From Roseibacillus persicicus (GTDB taxonomy: Bacteria > Verrucomicrobiota > Verrucomicrobiia > Verrucomicrobiales > Akkermansiaceae): 64,000 nucleotides of DNA. The DNA lies in assembly GCF_014651675.1 (NCBI RefSeq), contig NZ_BMXI01000002.1:89695-153694 (forward strand), given 5' to 3'. Shown here one piece after another: positions 36,801-43,438 of the stretch (the stretch's first letter is position 1; each line of letters opens with the position of its first letter). Below the pieces are notes generated by a model that had not been told where the DNA came from, did no database searches, and was given only the letters and a program-made list of their open reading frames with translations. Made by a program: the position numbers and the translations under genes.

Positions 36801-38917
36801 GCTTCAGTCCCTTGGTGCGGGGGGCGGGAGTGGTGCTCTGGGCGGATCGCGATCAAGAAGGACGCTTGGAGATTTCCCGTCTCATCGCTGGTCACGGGCA
36901 ACGGCTGAAGGCCTTCGGCGAAAAGCAGCGCAGTCGCCACGAGCTGGAAGACGCGCTGGCATTGGAACTGAGCGATCAGTTGAGTCGATCGAGATTCGCG
37001 GGGCGGGTCAGTGCCGCGGCGGTGGCGGAGTATCTCTTTGCGCAATTGCGCGAGGGGGATGGCTTCGTGGTTTCCAATGCCGCCTCCGAGGCCATCAAAC
37101 ACTTGCGCAGTGAGCTCACGGCCAAGCGTGCGAGCGATTCCTTCGAAAACGCCATGGCGGAGCTAAGTCGCGCGGAGGCCCGGCATTCTCTCGCCTTGGA
37201 TTGGTTGCGGGGAATTTTGGAAGGGGAAGAGTCTACTGCCGTGCTCATCGAAGCTGCCGCTCACTTGGCTCGGGGAGGGTACGAGCAACGTGAGGTCAAG
37301 CGAGTGGAATTGTCAGTTGAAGTGGCCGGAATGCGCGGATCACACAGCCGAATCGAAGGCGGCGTGCTGCCTATCCAGTTTAACGATTTCCTTGAACGAG
37401 TGGGACGACTGCGTGACGAGACTTTGCCGCTCTACACGCGTTTCCAAGAGCGCAAGAAAGACCTCATCGCGGCCAAGCGCGCGGAGATGAAGCTCGAGGA
37501 GCTGAAGCCCGAAGTGATGAGTGCTTTTGTGCGCAATCGCTTGTTAGACGAAGTCTTTCTCCCGGTCATTGGCGACAATTTGGCGAAGCAAATCGGCACC
37601 GCAGGCGCGGACTCGCGCACCGATCGGATGGGTCTTCTGCTCCTGATTTCTCCTCCGGGTTACGGAAAAACCACCTTGATGGAATACGTGGCCAATCGTC
37701 TGGGGCTCACTTTCGTCAAAGTGAACGGACCTGCCCTGGGCCATCACGTGGTCTCGCTGGACCCTGCGCAAGCGGGTGACATGTCGGCGGGCGAAGAATT
37801 GGAGAAGCTGAACCTGGCGCTCGAGATGGGCGACAACGTGATGCTCTACCTCGACGATATCCAGCACACCAATCCGGAATTTTTGCAGAAGTTCATCAGT
37901 CTTTGTGATGCCCAGCGGAAGATTGAAGGCGTCTATCAGGGCAAGGCCCGCACTTATGACCTGAAGGGGAAAAAGGTCGCGGTGGTGATGGCGGGAAACC
38001 CTTATACCGAGAGTGGTGGCAAGTTTCAGATTCCCGACATGCTCGCCAACCGGGCCGATACCTACAACTTGGGTGACATCCTCGGCAGTCACGAGTCAGC
38101 CTTCAAGGATAGCTACATCGAGAATTGTCTCACCTCTAACAGCACGCTTTCCAAACTGGCGAGCAGCGGTCTGAAGGATGTGCGCGCGGTCATGAAGATG
38201 GCTGCTGGCGCGGAGCTGGAGGAAGTGGACTTCGAGGCCAACTACACCCCGGGCGAGATTGAAGAATTCGTGCGCGGGATGAAGCTGCTCTATCAGGTGC
38301 GCGACACCATTCTGCGGGTCAACATGCAATACATCGCCAGCGCTGCGCAGGAAGATGCCTATCGCACCGAACCGGCCTTCAAGTTGCAGGGTTCCTACCG
38401 AAACATGAACCGCATCGCGGAAAAGGTGGTGCCGTTGATGACCGACGAAGAGCTCCGCGAGCTTGTGGAATCGCACTACGAGAACGAAGCGCAAAACCTC
38501 ACCACGGGAGCGGAGGCGAACTTGCTGAAGTTCCGCGAAATGGAAGGATTGCTCAACGAGGAGGAAGCGGCGCGTTGGGAGCAGATCAAGACCGAGTTCC
38601 GCAAACAGAAGGTTCTCGGAGGAGCCGGGGAGACCGATCCGGTTGCCAGAGTCGTGGCCCAGCTGCAGGAATTTCGCGAAGGGCTCTCGTCCATCGAGCA
38701 AGGGATTGCGATGGCGGGAAGCAATTACGCCAAGCCCCAGACCCTCACCGATGCCACCGTTGCCCAGCTGCGCGAAATCATCGCTGGCTTGCGCGAGGTG
38801 CCGGTGAAAGTCGACATCAACGTCGTGCCCGTGCAAGACGAAGATGGCTCCATCGAACAAATGGAGAAACGACCTTCACCCATCGACATCCAGCCCAACG
38901 TCGAACAAGGCGACTGA
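33869..38917 (+). CDS. giant (1,682 aa) protein: N-terminal beta-rich domain, ~750-aa coiled-coil region, single dynein/MoxR-type (AAA_5-like) AAA+ module near residues 1250-1450, helical C-terminus
   Basis: Walker A LLLISPPGYGKTTL, Walker B VMLYLDD and sensor VVMAGNPYTESGGKFQIPDMLANRADTY, compared with this window's MoxR [24 protein letters not shown]. One uninterrupted ORF. No TM segments. Confidence 0.8.
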   Translation: MPDTEQLEGGSYEVIRARLEKHGEDLRRRLGILNEARKEIFGAVETSLVATERVTTEHNCVPRDLIAVGGNRFLFGYNIQFGLKQTTEIADVFAAYEYDPESHVFHALAVEEVLSDPAFSDDFKYLYKYYKETNFAKFMVIGPNLYMKMRVGKGVDDFKTFKWLRPGDGRLEYIGNRFDHEFQYPPQQEFEWKRAHRDMQRAGMHPHISINDRVFVETVGGDLTIKVEDNTESGEGIYAEPVNDPDQSLDDAEVLYAEVGPLVLLKILPYREELHRYFVFNEKTQEVKRIDAIGHSCVLLPDDQGLIFSNGYLLLTGEVRIFDTALSNMMFERRIPSANGEDTLYVFYNRVSGDYILLSYNLISQSVETPVICNGYSLFPNGELVYFKTEDAAQKHHTLQVWTTPYLSEEALAAQHQDEGSYLFKIGNADLVRGMSECREVLTLLGKDDNYGGLYLDLVKRTGDLVDSYFWLGKEETAELSVPVREINRAAQSALEEFDKVRAQRQSAASRTKEVQEVVETLLAKVRHSPPDDIFGFVHHLSELRTRRGEVIGLREVRYAKTETIDEMEAKLVEAGEATSQKTVEFLLKDEALVPYRKAVTEQGDTIPELSKVTEADAVGAALDKAGDELEMLIDIVGNLKIEDATQTTAIIDGISSIYAELNGVRADLKNKRNDLAKAEGTAQFGAQMKLISQAVVNYLEVCDTPEKCDESLTKLMIQLEELEGRFSEFDDYVEELAGKREEVYEAFEGRKQQLIDSRNKRAGSLLRSAERILAGIERRLESFDSLDEINGYFAGDLMVEKVRGVVDDLKALGDGVKADDLSTRLKTLREDGARQLKDRKELYVDGKNVIRFGKHAFSVNTRELELSVVARDEEMWFHLAGTDYFEKIVDQEFNETRKVWDLEVPSETADLYRGEWLASLLLEGELVGETAAEFLPQVQSFMQARYAEGYVKGVHDEDTAKILEALVPIAKNAGLLRFSPLVRGAGVVLWADRDQEGRLEISRLIAGHGQRLKAFGEKQRSRHELEDALALELSDQLSRSRFAGRVSAAAVAEYLFAQLREGDGFVVSNAASEAIKHLRSELTAKRASDSFENAMAELSRAEARHSLALDWLRGILEGEESTAVLIEAAAHLARGGYEQREVKRVELSVEVAGMRGSHSRIEGGVLPIQFNDFLERVGRLRDETLPLYTRFQERKKDLIAAKRAEMKLEELKPEVMSAFVRNRLLDEVFLPVIGDNLAKQIGTAGADSRTDRMGLLLLISPPGYGKTTLMEYVANRLGLTFVKVNGPALGHHVVSLDPAQAGDMSAGEELEKLNLALEMGDNVMLYLDDIQHTNPEFLQKFISLCDAQRKIEGVYQGKARTYDLKGKKVAVVMAGNPYTESGGKFQIPDMLANRADTYNLGDILGSHESAFKDSYIENCLTSNSTLSKLASSGLKDVRAVMKMAAGAELEEVDFEANYTPGEIEEFVRGMKLLYQVRDTILRVNMQYIASAAQEDAYRTEPAFKLQGSYRNMNRIAEKVVPLMTDEELRELVESHYENEAQNLTTGAEANLLKFREMEGLLNEEEAARWEQIKTEFRKQKVLGGAGETDPVARVVAQLQEFREGLSSIEQGIAMAGSNYAKPQTLTDATVAQLREIIAGLREVPVKVDINVVPVQDEDGSIEQMEKRPSPIDIQPNVEQGD

Positions 38918-38922
38918 GCAAC

Positions 38923-39183
38923 GGAGCAAGGACATTCCTGTCCTTGAGCAGAGCCTCGGTGGTCAGAGCTTGCGTCAGAACTTCGAAATGGGGTGGACGG
39001 TTCGGCGGGGACGGTTCGGTCCAGGGACAGGAATGTCCCTGCTCCGGAGGACGACTAATGGAGCAAGGACATTCCTGTCCTTGAAGCAGAGCCTCGGTAG
39101 TCAGAGCCGGCATCAGAACTTCGGAGTGGGGTGGACGGTTCGGTGTGGACGGTTCGGTCCAGGGACAGGAATGTCCCTGCTCC
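38923..39183 (+). repeat. REP/BIME-like array, two ~123-bp units (REP-A family) upstream of RAYT2
   Basis: Units 38923-39045 and 39060-39183. Each is bounded by inverted copies of the hairpin ggagcaaggacattcctgtccttg / ccagggacaggaatgtccctgctcc. Confidence 0.85.
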
Positions 39184-39216
39184 ATTTCTTGCTTGTCGTT
39201 TAGGGATATAGTTCGT

Positions 39217-39852
39217 ATGAACATTTTTATGTTCTTTCAGCACGGAGAAAAAGTATTCCGGCACGGACGGGATCTTCCGCATTGGCAACAGGTGGGGACA
39301 ATACAGTTCATCACCTTCCGTCTCGCAGACGCGATGCCTCAAAAGAAGTTAACGAATTGGAAAGAGGAGCGTGATTCCTGGTTGGCGTGGAATCCGAAGC
39401 CTTGGAGCGACCGCCAACAGAATGAGCATAGAAGGTTGTTTCACGAGAAGTTGGAGGAGTGGTTGGATGAAGGAGCAGGTTCTTGTCTTCTTGCCGAGAA
39501 ATCGAATCGAGTAATTCTGGCTGATGTTTTGATGAAAGCTCATGGAGATAAGGCCAGCTTTGAGTCCTTTGTGATTATGCCAAATCATGTTCATCTTTTG
39601 GTACAGCCGTTTGTTGAGTTGGAGAAGTTGATCAAAATTTGGAAAGGTGTTTCGGCGCGGAAAATTGGAAAGGGTTCGATTTGGCAAGGGAATTATCGCG
39701 ATACTATGATTCGCGATGCAGAGCATTTTCGAAATACGGTTCGATATATTCGTAAGAACCCGAAGCATTTAAAATCGGAAGAGTTCACTCTCTGGGAAGG
39801 AAAATCCGCGAAGACGATTCCATCGCTGGAGCAAGGACATTCCTGTCTTTGA
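39217..39852 (+). CDS. REP-associated tyrosine transposase (RAYT, IS200-like Y1 family)
   Basis: HUH motif PNHVHLLVQP. C-terminal WQGNYRDTMIRDAEHFRNTVRYIRKNP resembles E. coli RAYT (WQPRFWEHAIRNTKDYRHHVDYIYINP). The last 8 codons and stop lie inside REP unit 3. Confidence 0.8.
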   Translation: MNIFMFFQHGEKVFRHGRDLPHWQQVGTIQFITFRLADAMPQKKLTNWKEERDSWLAWNPKPWSDRQQNEHRRLFHEKLEEWLDEGAGSCLLAEKSNRVILADVLMKAHGDKASFESFVIMPNHVHLLVQPFVELEKLIKIWKGVSARKIGKGSIWQGNYRDTMIRDAEHFRNTVRYIRKNPKHLKSEEFTLWEGKSAKTIPSLEQGHSCL

Positions 39853-40223
39853 GCAGAGCCTCGGTAGTCAGAGCTGGCGTCAGAACTTCGGAGTGGGGTG
39901 GACGGTTCGGTGGGACGGTTCGGTCCAGGGACAGGAATGTCCCTGCTCCGGGGGACGACTAATGGAGCAAGGACATTCCTGTCCTTGAAGCAGAGCCTCG
40001 GTGGTCAGAGCTGGCGTCAGAACTTCGAAATGGGGTGGATGGTTCGGCGGGGACGGTTCGGTCCAGGGACAGGAATGTCCCTGCTCCGGTGGACGACTAG
40101 CGGAGCAAGGACATTCCTGTCCTTGAGCAGAGCCTCGGTAGTCAGAGCTGGCGTCAGAACTTCGGAGTGGGGTGGACGGTTCGGTGGGACGGTTCGGTCC
40201 AGGGACAGGAATGTCCCTGCTCC
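39828..40223 (+). repeat. REP/BIME-like array, three ~123-bp units (REP-A family) downstream of RAYT2
   Basis: Units 39828-39949, 39964-40087 and 40102-40223, in the same orientation as the upstream units, with 12-15 bp spacers. Confidence 0.85.
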
Positions 40224-40265
40224 GTTTGTCTTTCTTTAGAACTGGGAGCGTGATTTTCTTGCGCG

Positions 40266-40976
40266 GTGGCTTTGCTGCTTCTGATTTTCTTTGCGATTGC
40301 GCTTCTTTACTCGTCCGTGGGGTTCGGGGGAGGCTCGTCTTACACGGCGGTCTTGGCTTGGCGCGGGGAGAGTCCAGAGGTGATTCGCCTGGTGTCTCTG
40401 ACTTGCAATCTGGTGGTGGTTTCCATTGGGGGCTGGGCCAGTCTGCGGGCTAAACAAGTGCGAGCCGGATTGCTTGCTCCCTTGCTAGCGACCTCGATTC
40501 CCGGGGTCTGGCTGGGGGCTCAGTGGAAAGTCTCGGACTCCCTCTTCTTTCAAATTCTCGGACTGGCGCTGGCGGTGGCGGGGGGGGTGTTGTTGGTCAA
40601 AGTGCAGGACCGCGAAGAAAAAGCGCTCTCTCTAACAGCCCTTCTTCCTATCGGATTGGCTTTGGGGATCTTGGCCGGAGTCACGGGGATTGGCGGCGGT
40701 ATTTATCTGGTGCCCGTTCTTCATCTTCTTTCGGCTGGAAAGGCGCGCGAGGTGGCGGCGGTGGGGACGTGGTTCATTCTCGTGAATTCCACCGTGGGCT
40801 TGTTGGTTCTGGCACCGACCGCGGATTGGTCTCAGCCCGGCTGGTTGCCAGTGGTGGTGGCTGGGGGCGGCTTGATTGGCGCGCGCATGCTGCAGGGGGT
40901 CTTCGACGAACAGTTGGTTCGTAGGTGGACGGGGGTGCTGATTTTAGTCGTCGCCGGGCGGGTGCTCTTTTTTTAG
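40266..40976 (+). CDS. TauE/SafE (DUF81) family anion exporter
   Basis: Two repeats with G-rich loops (VGFGGGSSY and GIGGGIYLVP). 236 aa, 7-8 TM. Confidence 0.75.
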   Translation: MALLLLIFFAIALLYSSVGFGGGSSYTAVLAWRGESPEVIRLVSLTCNLVVVSIGGWASLRAKQVRAGLLAPLLATSIPGVWLGAQWKVSDSLFFQILGLALAVAGGVLLVKVQDREEKALSLTALLPIGLALGILAGVTGIGGGIYLVPVLHLLSAGKAREVAAVGTWFILVNSTVGLLVLAPTADWSQPGWLPVVVAGGGLIGARMLQGVFDEQLVRRWTGVLILVVAGRVLFF

Positions 40977-41152
40977 AACGCTGCAAATTTGACGAGTTGA
41001 TTGTAGCGCATTTTTCGGTAGGGCTGTTTTGCCAAAACAGCCGCGAATGTTCGGGGAAGGTCCCCAGGCTCACGCCCTTCGTCCGCGAGAGGATCGCGCG
41101 AGGAATTCAGAACTCTCGCGGTCCTTTTATCAAAAGGACCCTACCGGAGTTC

Positions 41153-41225
41153 GCGTCAGAACTTCGGGGTGGGGATGACGATTCGTGGGGACGGTTCGCG
41201 CCAGGGACAGGAATGTCCCTGCTCC
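41153..41225 (+). repeat. REP-A half-unit (3' hairpin half) in convergent gap between TauE gene and argB
   Basis: gcgtcagaacttcggggtggggatgacgattcgtggggacggttcgcgccagggacaggaatgtccctgctcc, ending 5 bp from the argB stop and followed by TTTTTT. Confidence 0.75.
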
Positions 41226-41230
41226 GTTTT

Positions 41231-42088
41231 TTACAAGACAATTTCGGTGCCGATCCCTTCGGAGGTGAAAATCTCGAGCAAAAGCACGTGGGGCAGGCGT
41301 CCGTCGATGAAGTGAACTTTGCGGGTACCGGCTTGTAAGGCGTCGAGAGCGGAGGTGACCTTGGGAATCATCCCGCCCGAAATGGTGCCGTCTTTGATAA
41401 AGCCGTCCGCTTCGCTTGGGTTCAGCGACTTGATCAGGGTAGTGGCGTCCTTCGGGTCGCGAAGGAGACCGGGCACATCGGAGAGGTAGATCAACTTGGC
41501 TGGTTGGAGCGCCTTGGCCAAGGCAGCCGCCGCGAGGTCGGCATTGATATTGAGCGAGGCGCCGGTGTCGATCTCGCGTCCCAGGGGAGAAATCACCGGC
41601 ACGATGCTGCTGGAGGTGGCGTAGAGAATCTCCTCCGTCACGCAGCTTTCGACCTCGCCCACGTAGCCGATGTCCTTTCCGCCCGGGGTCATGCGGCGCG
41701 CTTGAAAGACGTTGGTGCCCGGGATGGCGGTGGCGCGTCCGCCGTGACCATTGAGGAGCTTCACCAAGTGTGGGCTGAGGGTGTGGGTCAGGGTCTTTTC
41801 GACCAACTCGATGGACTTTTCACAAGTAACGCGGAAGCCTTCCACCCACTCCGGCTCCAGTCCGGATTCCGCCATGGCTGCCGAGATGGCCTTGCCCCCG
41901 CCATGCACCAGCACCGGATTGATGCCTACCGCTTCCAGAAAGAGGATGTCGCGCATGAAGTCGGAGACCAGCGCCGGATCCTCCATCACCGAGCCTCCAA
42001 TCTTGATGAGAAAGGTCTCTCCGCGGAAGCGTTGCAAGTAGGGCAGGGCCTCGATCAAGGTGGCAGCTTTGGATTGCGCGTCAGTCAC
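41231..42088 (-). CDS. argB: acetylglutamate kinase
   Basis: 285 aa. FLIKIGGSV...VLVHGGG and LNINADLAAAALAKAL motifs of the amino-acid kinase family. Confidence 0.9.
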   Translation of the reverse strand: MTDAQSKAATLIEALPYLQRFRGETFLIKIGGSVMEDPALVSDFMRDILFLEAVGINPVLVHGGGKAISAAMAESGLEPEWVEGFRVTCEKSIELVEKTLTHTLSPHLVKLLNGHGGRATAIPGTNVFQARRMTPGGKDIGYVGEVESCVTEEILYATSSSIVPVISPLGREIDTGASLNINADLAAAALAKALQPAKLIYLSDVPGLLRDPKDATTLIKSLNPSEADGFIKDGTISGGMIPKVTSALDALQAGTRKVHFIDGRLPHVLLLEIFTSEGIGTEIVL

Positions 42089-42192
42089 AGTGGGGCAAGC
42101 AAAGCAAAGACTGCGGGGCTGTCGAGCACCTGTTGCAGGAACTTTCGAAAACAGACCCCGGGACCAGGTGTTTCGCGACTCTTTGATTCTTA

Positions 42193-42256
42193 GTTAGATA
42201 TACTTTAAATGTTTTTAAGCTCATAACTTCTCGGATATTGTGATTTTATATCTAAC
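42193..42256. promoter_or_regulatory. 10-bp inverted repeat GTTAGATATA-N44-TATATCTAAC in AT-rich divergent argB/FIST promoter region
   Basis: Perfect 10-bp arms. The right arm ends 15 bp upstream of the FIST gene start. The surrounding 180 bp is AT-rich. Confidence 0.3.
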
Positions 42257-42270
42257 CGTAACGATTTTCC

Positions 42271-43425
42271 ATGAAAGTTCACCAACGCACCTTACTTTCT
42301 GTAAATCAGGAGTTTACCGCCTTCCCTGCCGGGGGAGAAAGCCAGCTGCTGCTTGTCTTTGCCCCCCGCAGTTTTCTAACAGCGCCCGGATTTCTGGACC
42401 GCATTCGAGAATCCTGTCCGGAGGGAACACGAATGGCGGGATGTTCCACGGCGGGGGAGATTTGTTCGGAAGGCGTTCTCGACGAGGTGGCGACTCTCAC
42501 CTTCGTGCAGTTCGCGAGCACCAGGGTCGAGGTCGTGCGCGAGGCGGTAGCGGAGGAGGGGATGGCGCCGAAGCTGAAAAGCGAGTCGCTGGGCGGCAAG
42601 TTGGCGCGGCGAGTGCACGATACGGTCCCCGAGCCATCCTATCTCTTCATCCTGAGCGATGGGCTCTATATCAATGGCAGTGACCTCGTGGCTAGTCTGG
42701 AGGCAGAGTTTACTGGGATCTGTGGCTTTTCGGGGGGATTGGCAGGCGACGGTGAATCGTTTGAAGAGACTATCGTGGTGGCGGACTTCACCATTGTCCC
42801 CAAGACCTGTGTGGCGGTGGTTTTCAAGGGAGATCGGCTCAAGGCCGAATCGGTTGCGGAATCTGGCTGGAGCCCTTTCGGGACCTTTCGCGAGGTAACC
42901 AGTTCGGAGGGGAATTGCCTCAAGTCGCTGGACGGCGAGAGCGCTCTGGAGGTCTACTCGGCATATCTGGGAGAGGAGGCCAAGGACTTGCCCGCGTCGG
43001 GTTTGCTCTATCCTCTGGAGGTCACCGCGCCCGGCTCCCAGTCCAAGGTGATTCGTACAGTCTTCGGGGTGGATCGGGGGGAAAAGACGATGTCCTTTGC
43101 GGGTGATGTTCCGCAGGGGAGTTCCGCCCGATTGATGAGCGCGAGCTATCAGCAATTGGTGGACGGTGCAGGAGAGGCTTCGCGAAAGGCAGCCTCCGCA
43201 TTGCCCTCGGCGGACCTGGCGATTCTGGTGAGCTGTGGCGGGAGGAGGTTGGCGATGAGCGCTTACACGGATCTGGAAGTGGAGACGGTGAAGGAAAACC
43301 TCATGGGGGAAGTTCCAGTCTGTGGGTTCTATTCCTATGGAGAAATTGCCCCTTCCCAAAATGCCACGGGGTACGAGCTACACAATCAGACCATGACCAT
43401 CACGCTACTGAAGGAGGAAGAGTAA
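42271..43425 (+). CDS. FIST-domain (FIST_N + FIST_C) sensory protein
   Basis: 384 aa with FIST-like GCSTAGEI, ILVSCGGR and CGFYSYGEIAP motifs. No output domain. Confidence 0.7.
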   Translation: MKVHQRTLLSVNQEFTAFPAGGESQLLLVFAPRSFLTAPGFLDRIRESCPEGTRMAGCSTAGEICSEGVLDEVATLTFVQFASTRVEVVREAVAEEGMAPKLKSESLGGKLARRVHDTVPEPSYLFILSDGLYINGSDLVASLEAEFTGICGFSGGLAGDGESFEETIVVADFTIVPKTCVAVVFKGDRLKAESVAESGWSPFGTFREVTSSEGNCLKSLDGESALEVYSAYLGEEAKDLPASGLLYPLEVTAPGSQSKVIRTVFGVDRGEKTMSFAGDVPQGSSARLMSASYQQLVDGAGEASRKAASALPSADLAILVSCGGRRLAMSAYTDLEVETVKENLMGEVPVCGFYSYGEIAPSQNATGYELHNQTMTITLLKEEE

Positions 43426-43438
43426 AGAGCGATTCGTC

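Noticed and set aside
38923-40223. Possible CRISPR array
   Set aside because: The repeats are ~123 bp with internal inverted hairpins and only 12-15 bp between units. No unique spacers of CRISPR length, no leader, and no cas genes. The embedded Y1 transposase makes it a REP/RAYT locus.
38817-40453. ORFs 38817-39224(-), 38844-39203(+), 39898-40239(+), 40172-40453(+) with repeated peptides (GRFGPGTGMSLLR, QGQECPCS)
   Set aside because: They are translations of the REP-A units in various frames. The periodic repetition follows the DNA repeat, not protein domains.
42376-43359. 327-aa - strand ORF antisense to the FIST gene
   Set aside because: No motifs; the FIST frame has the conserved domain signatures.
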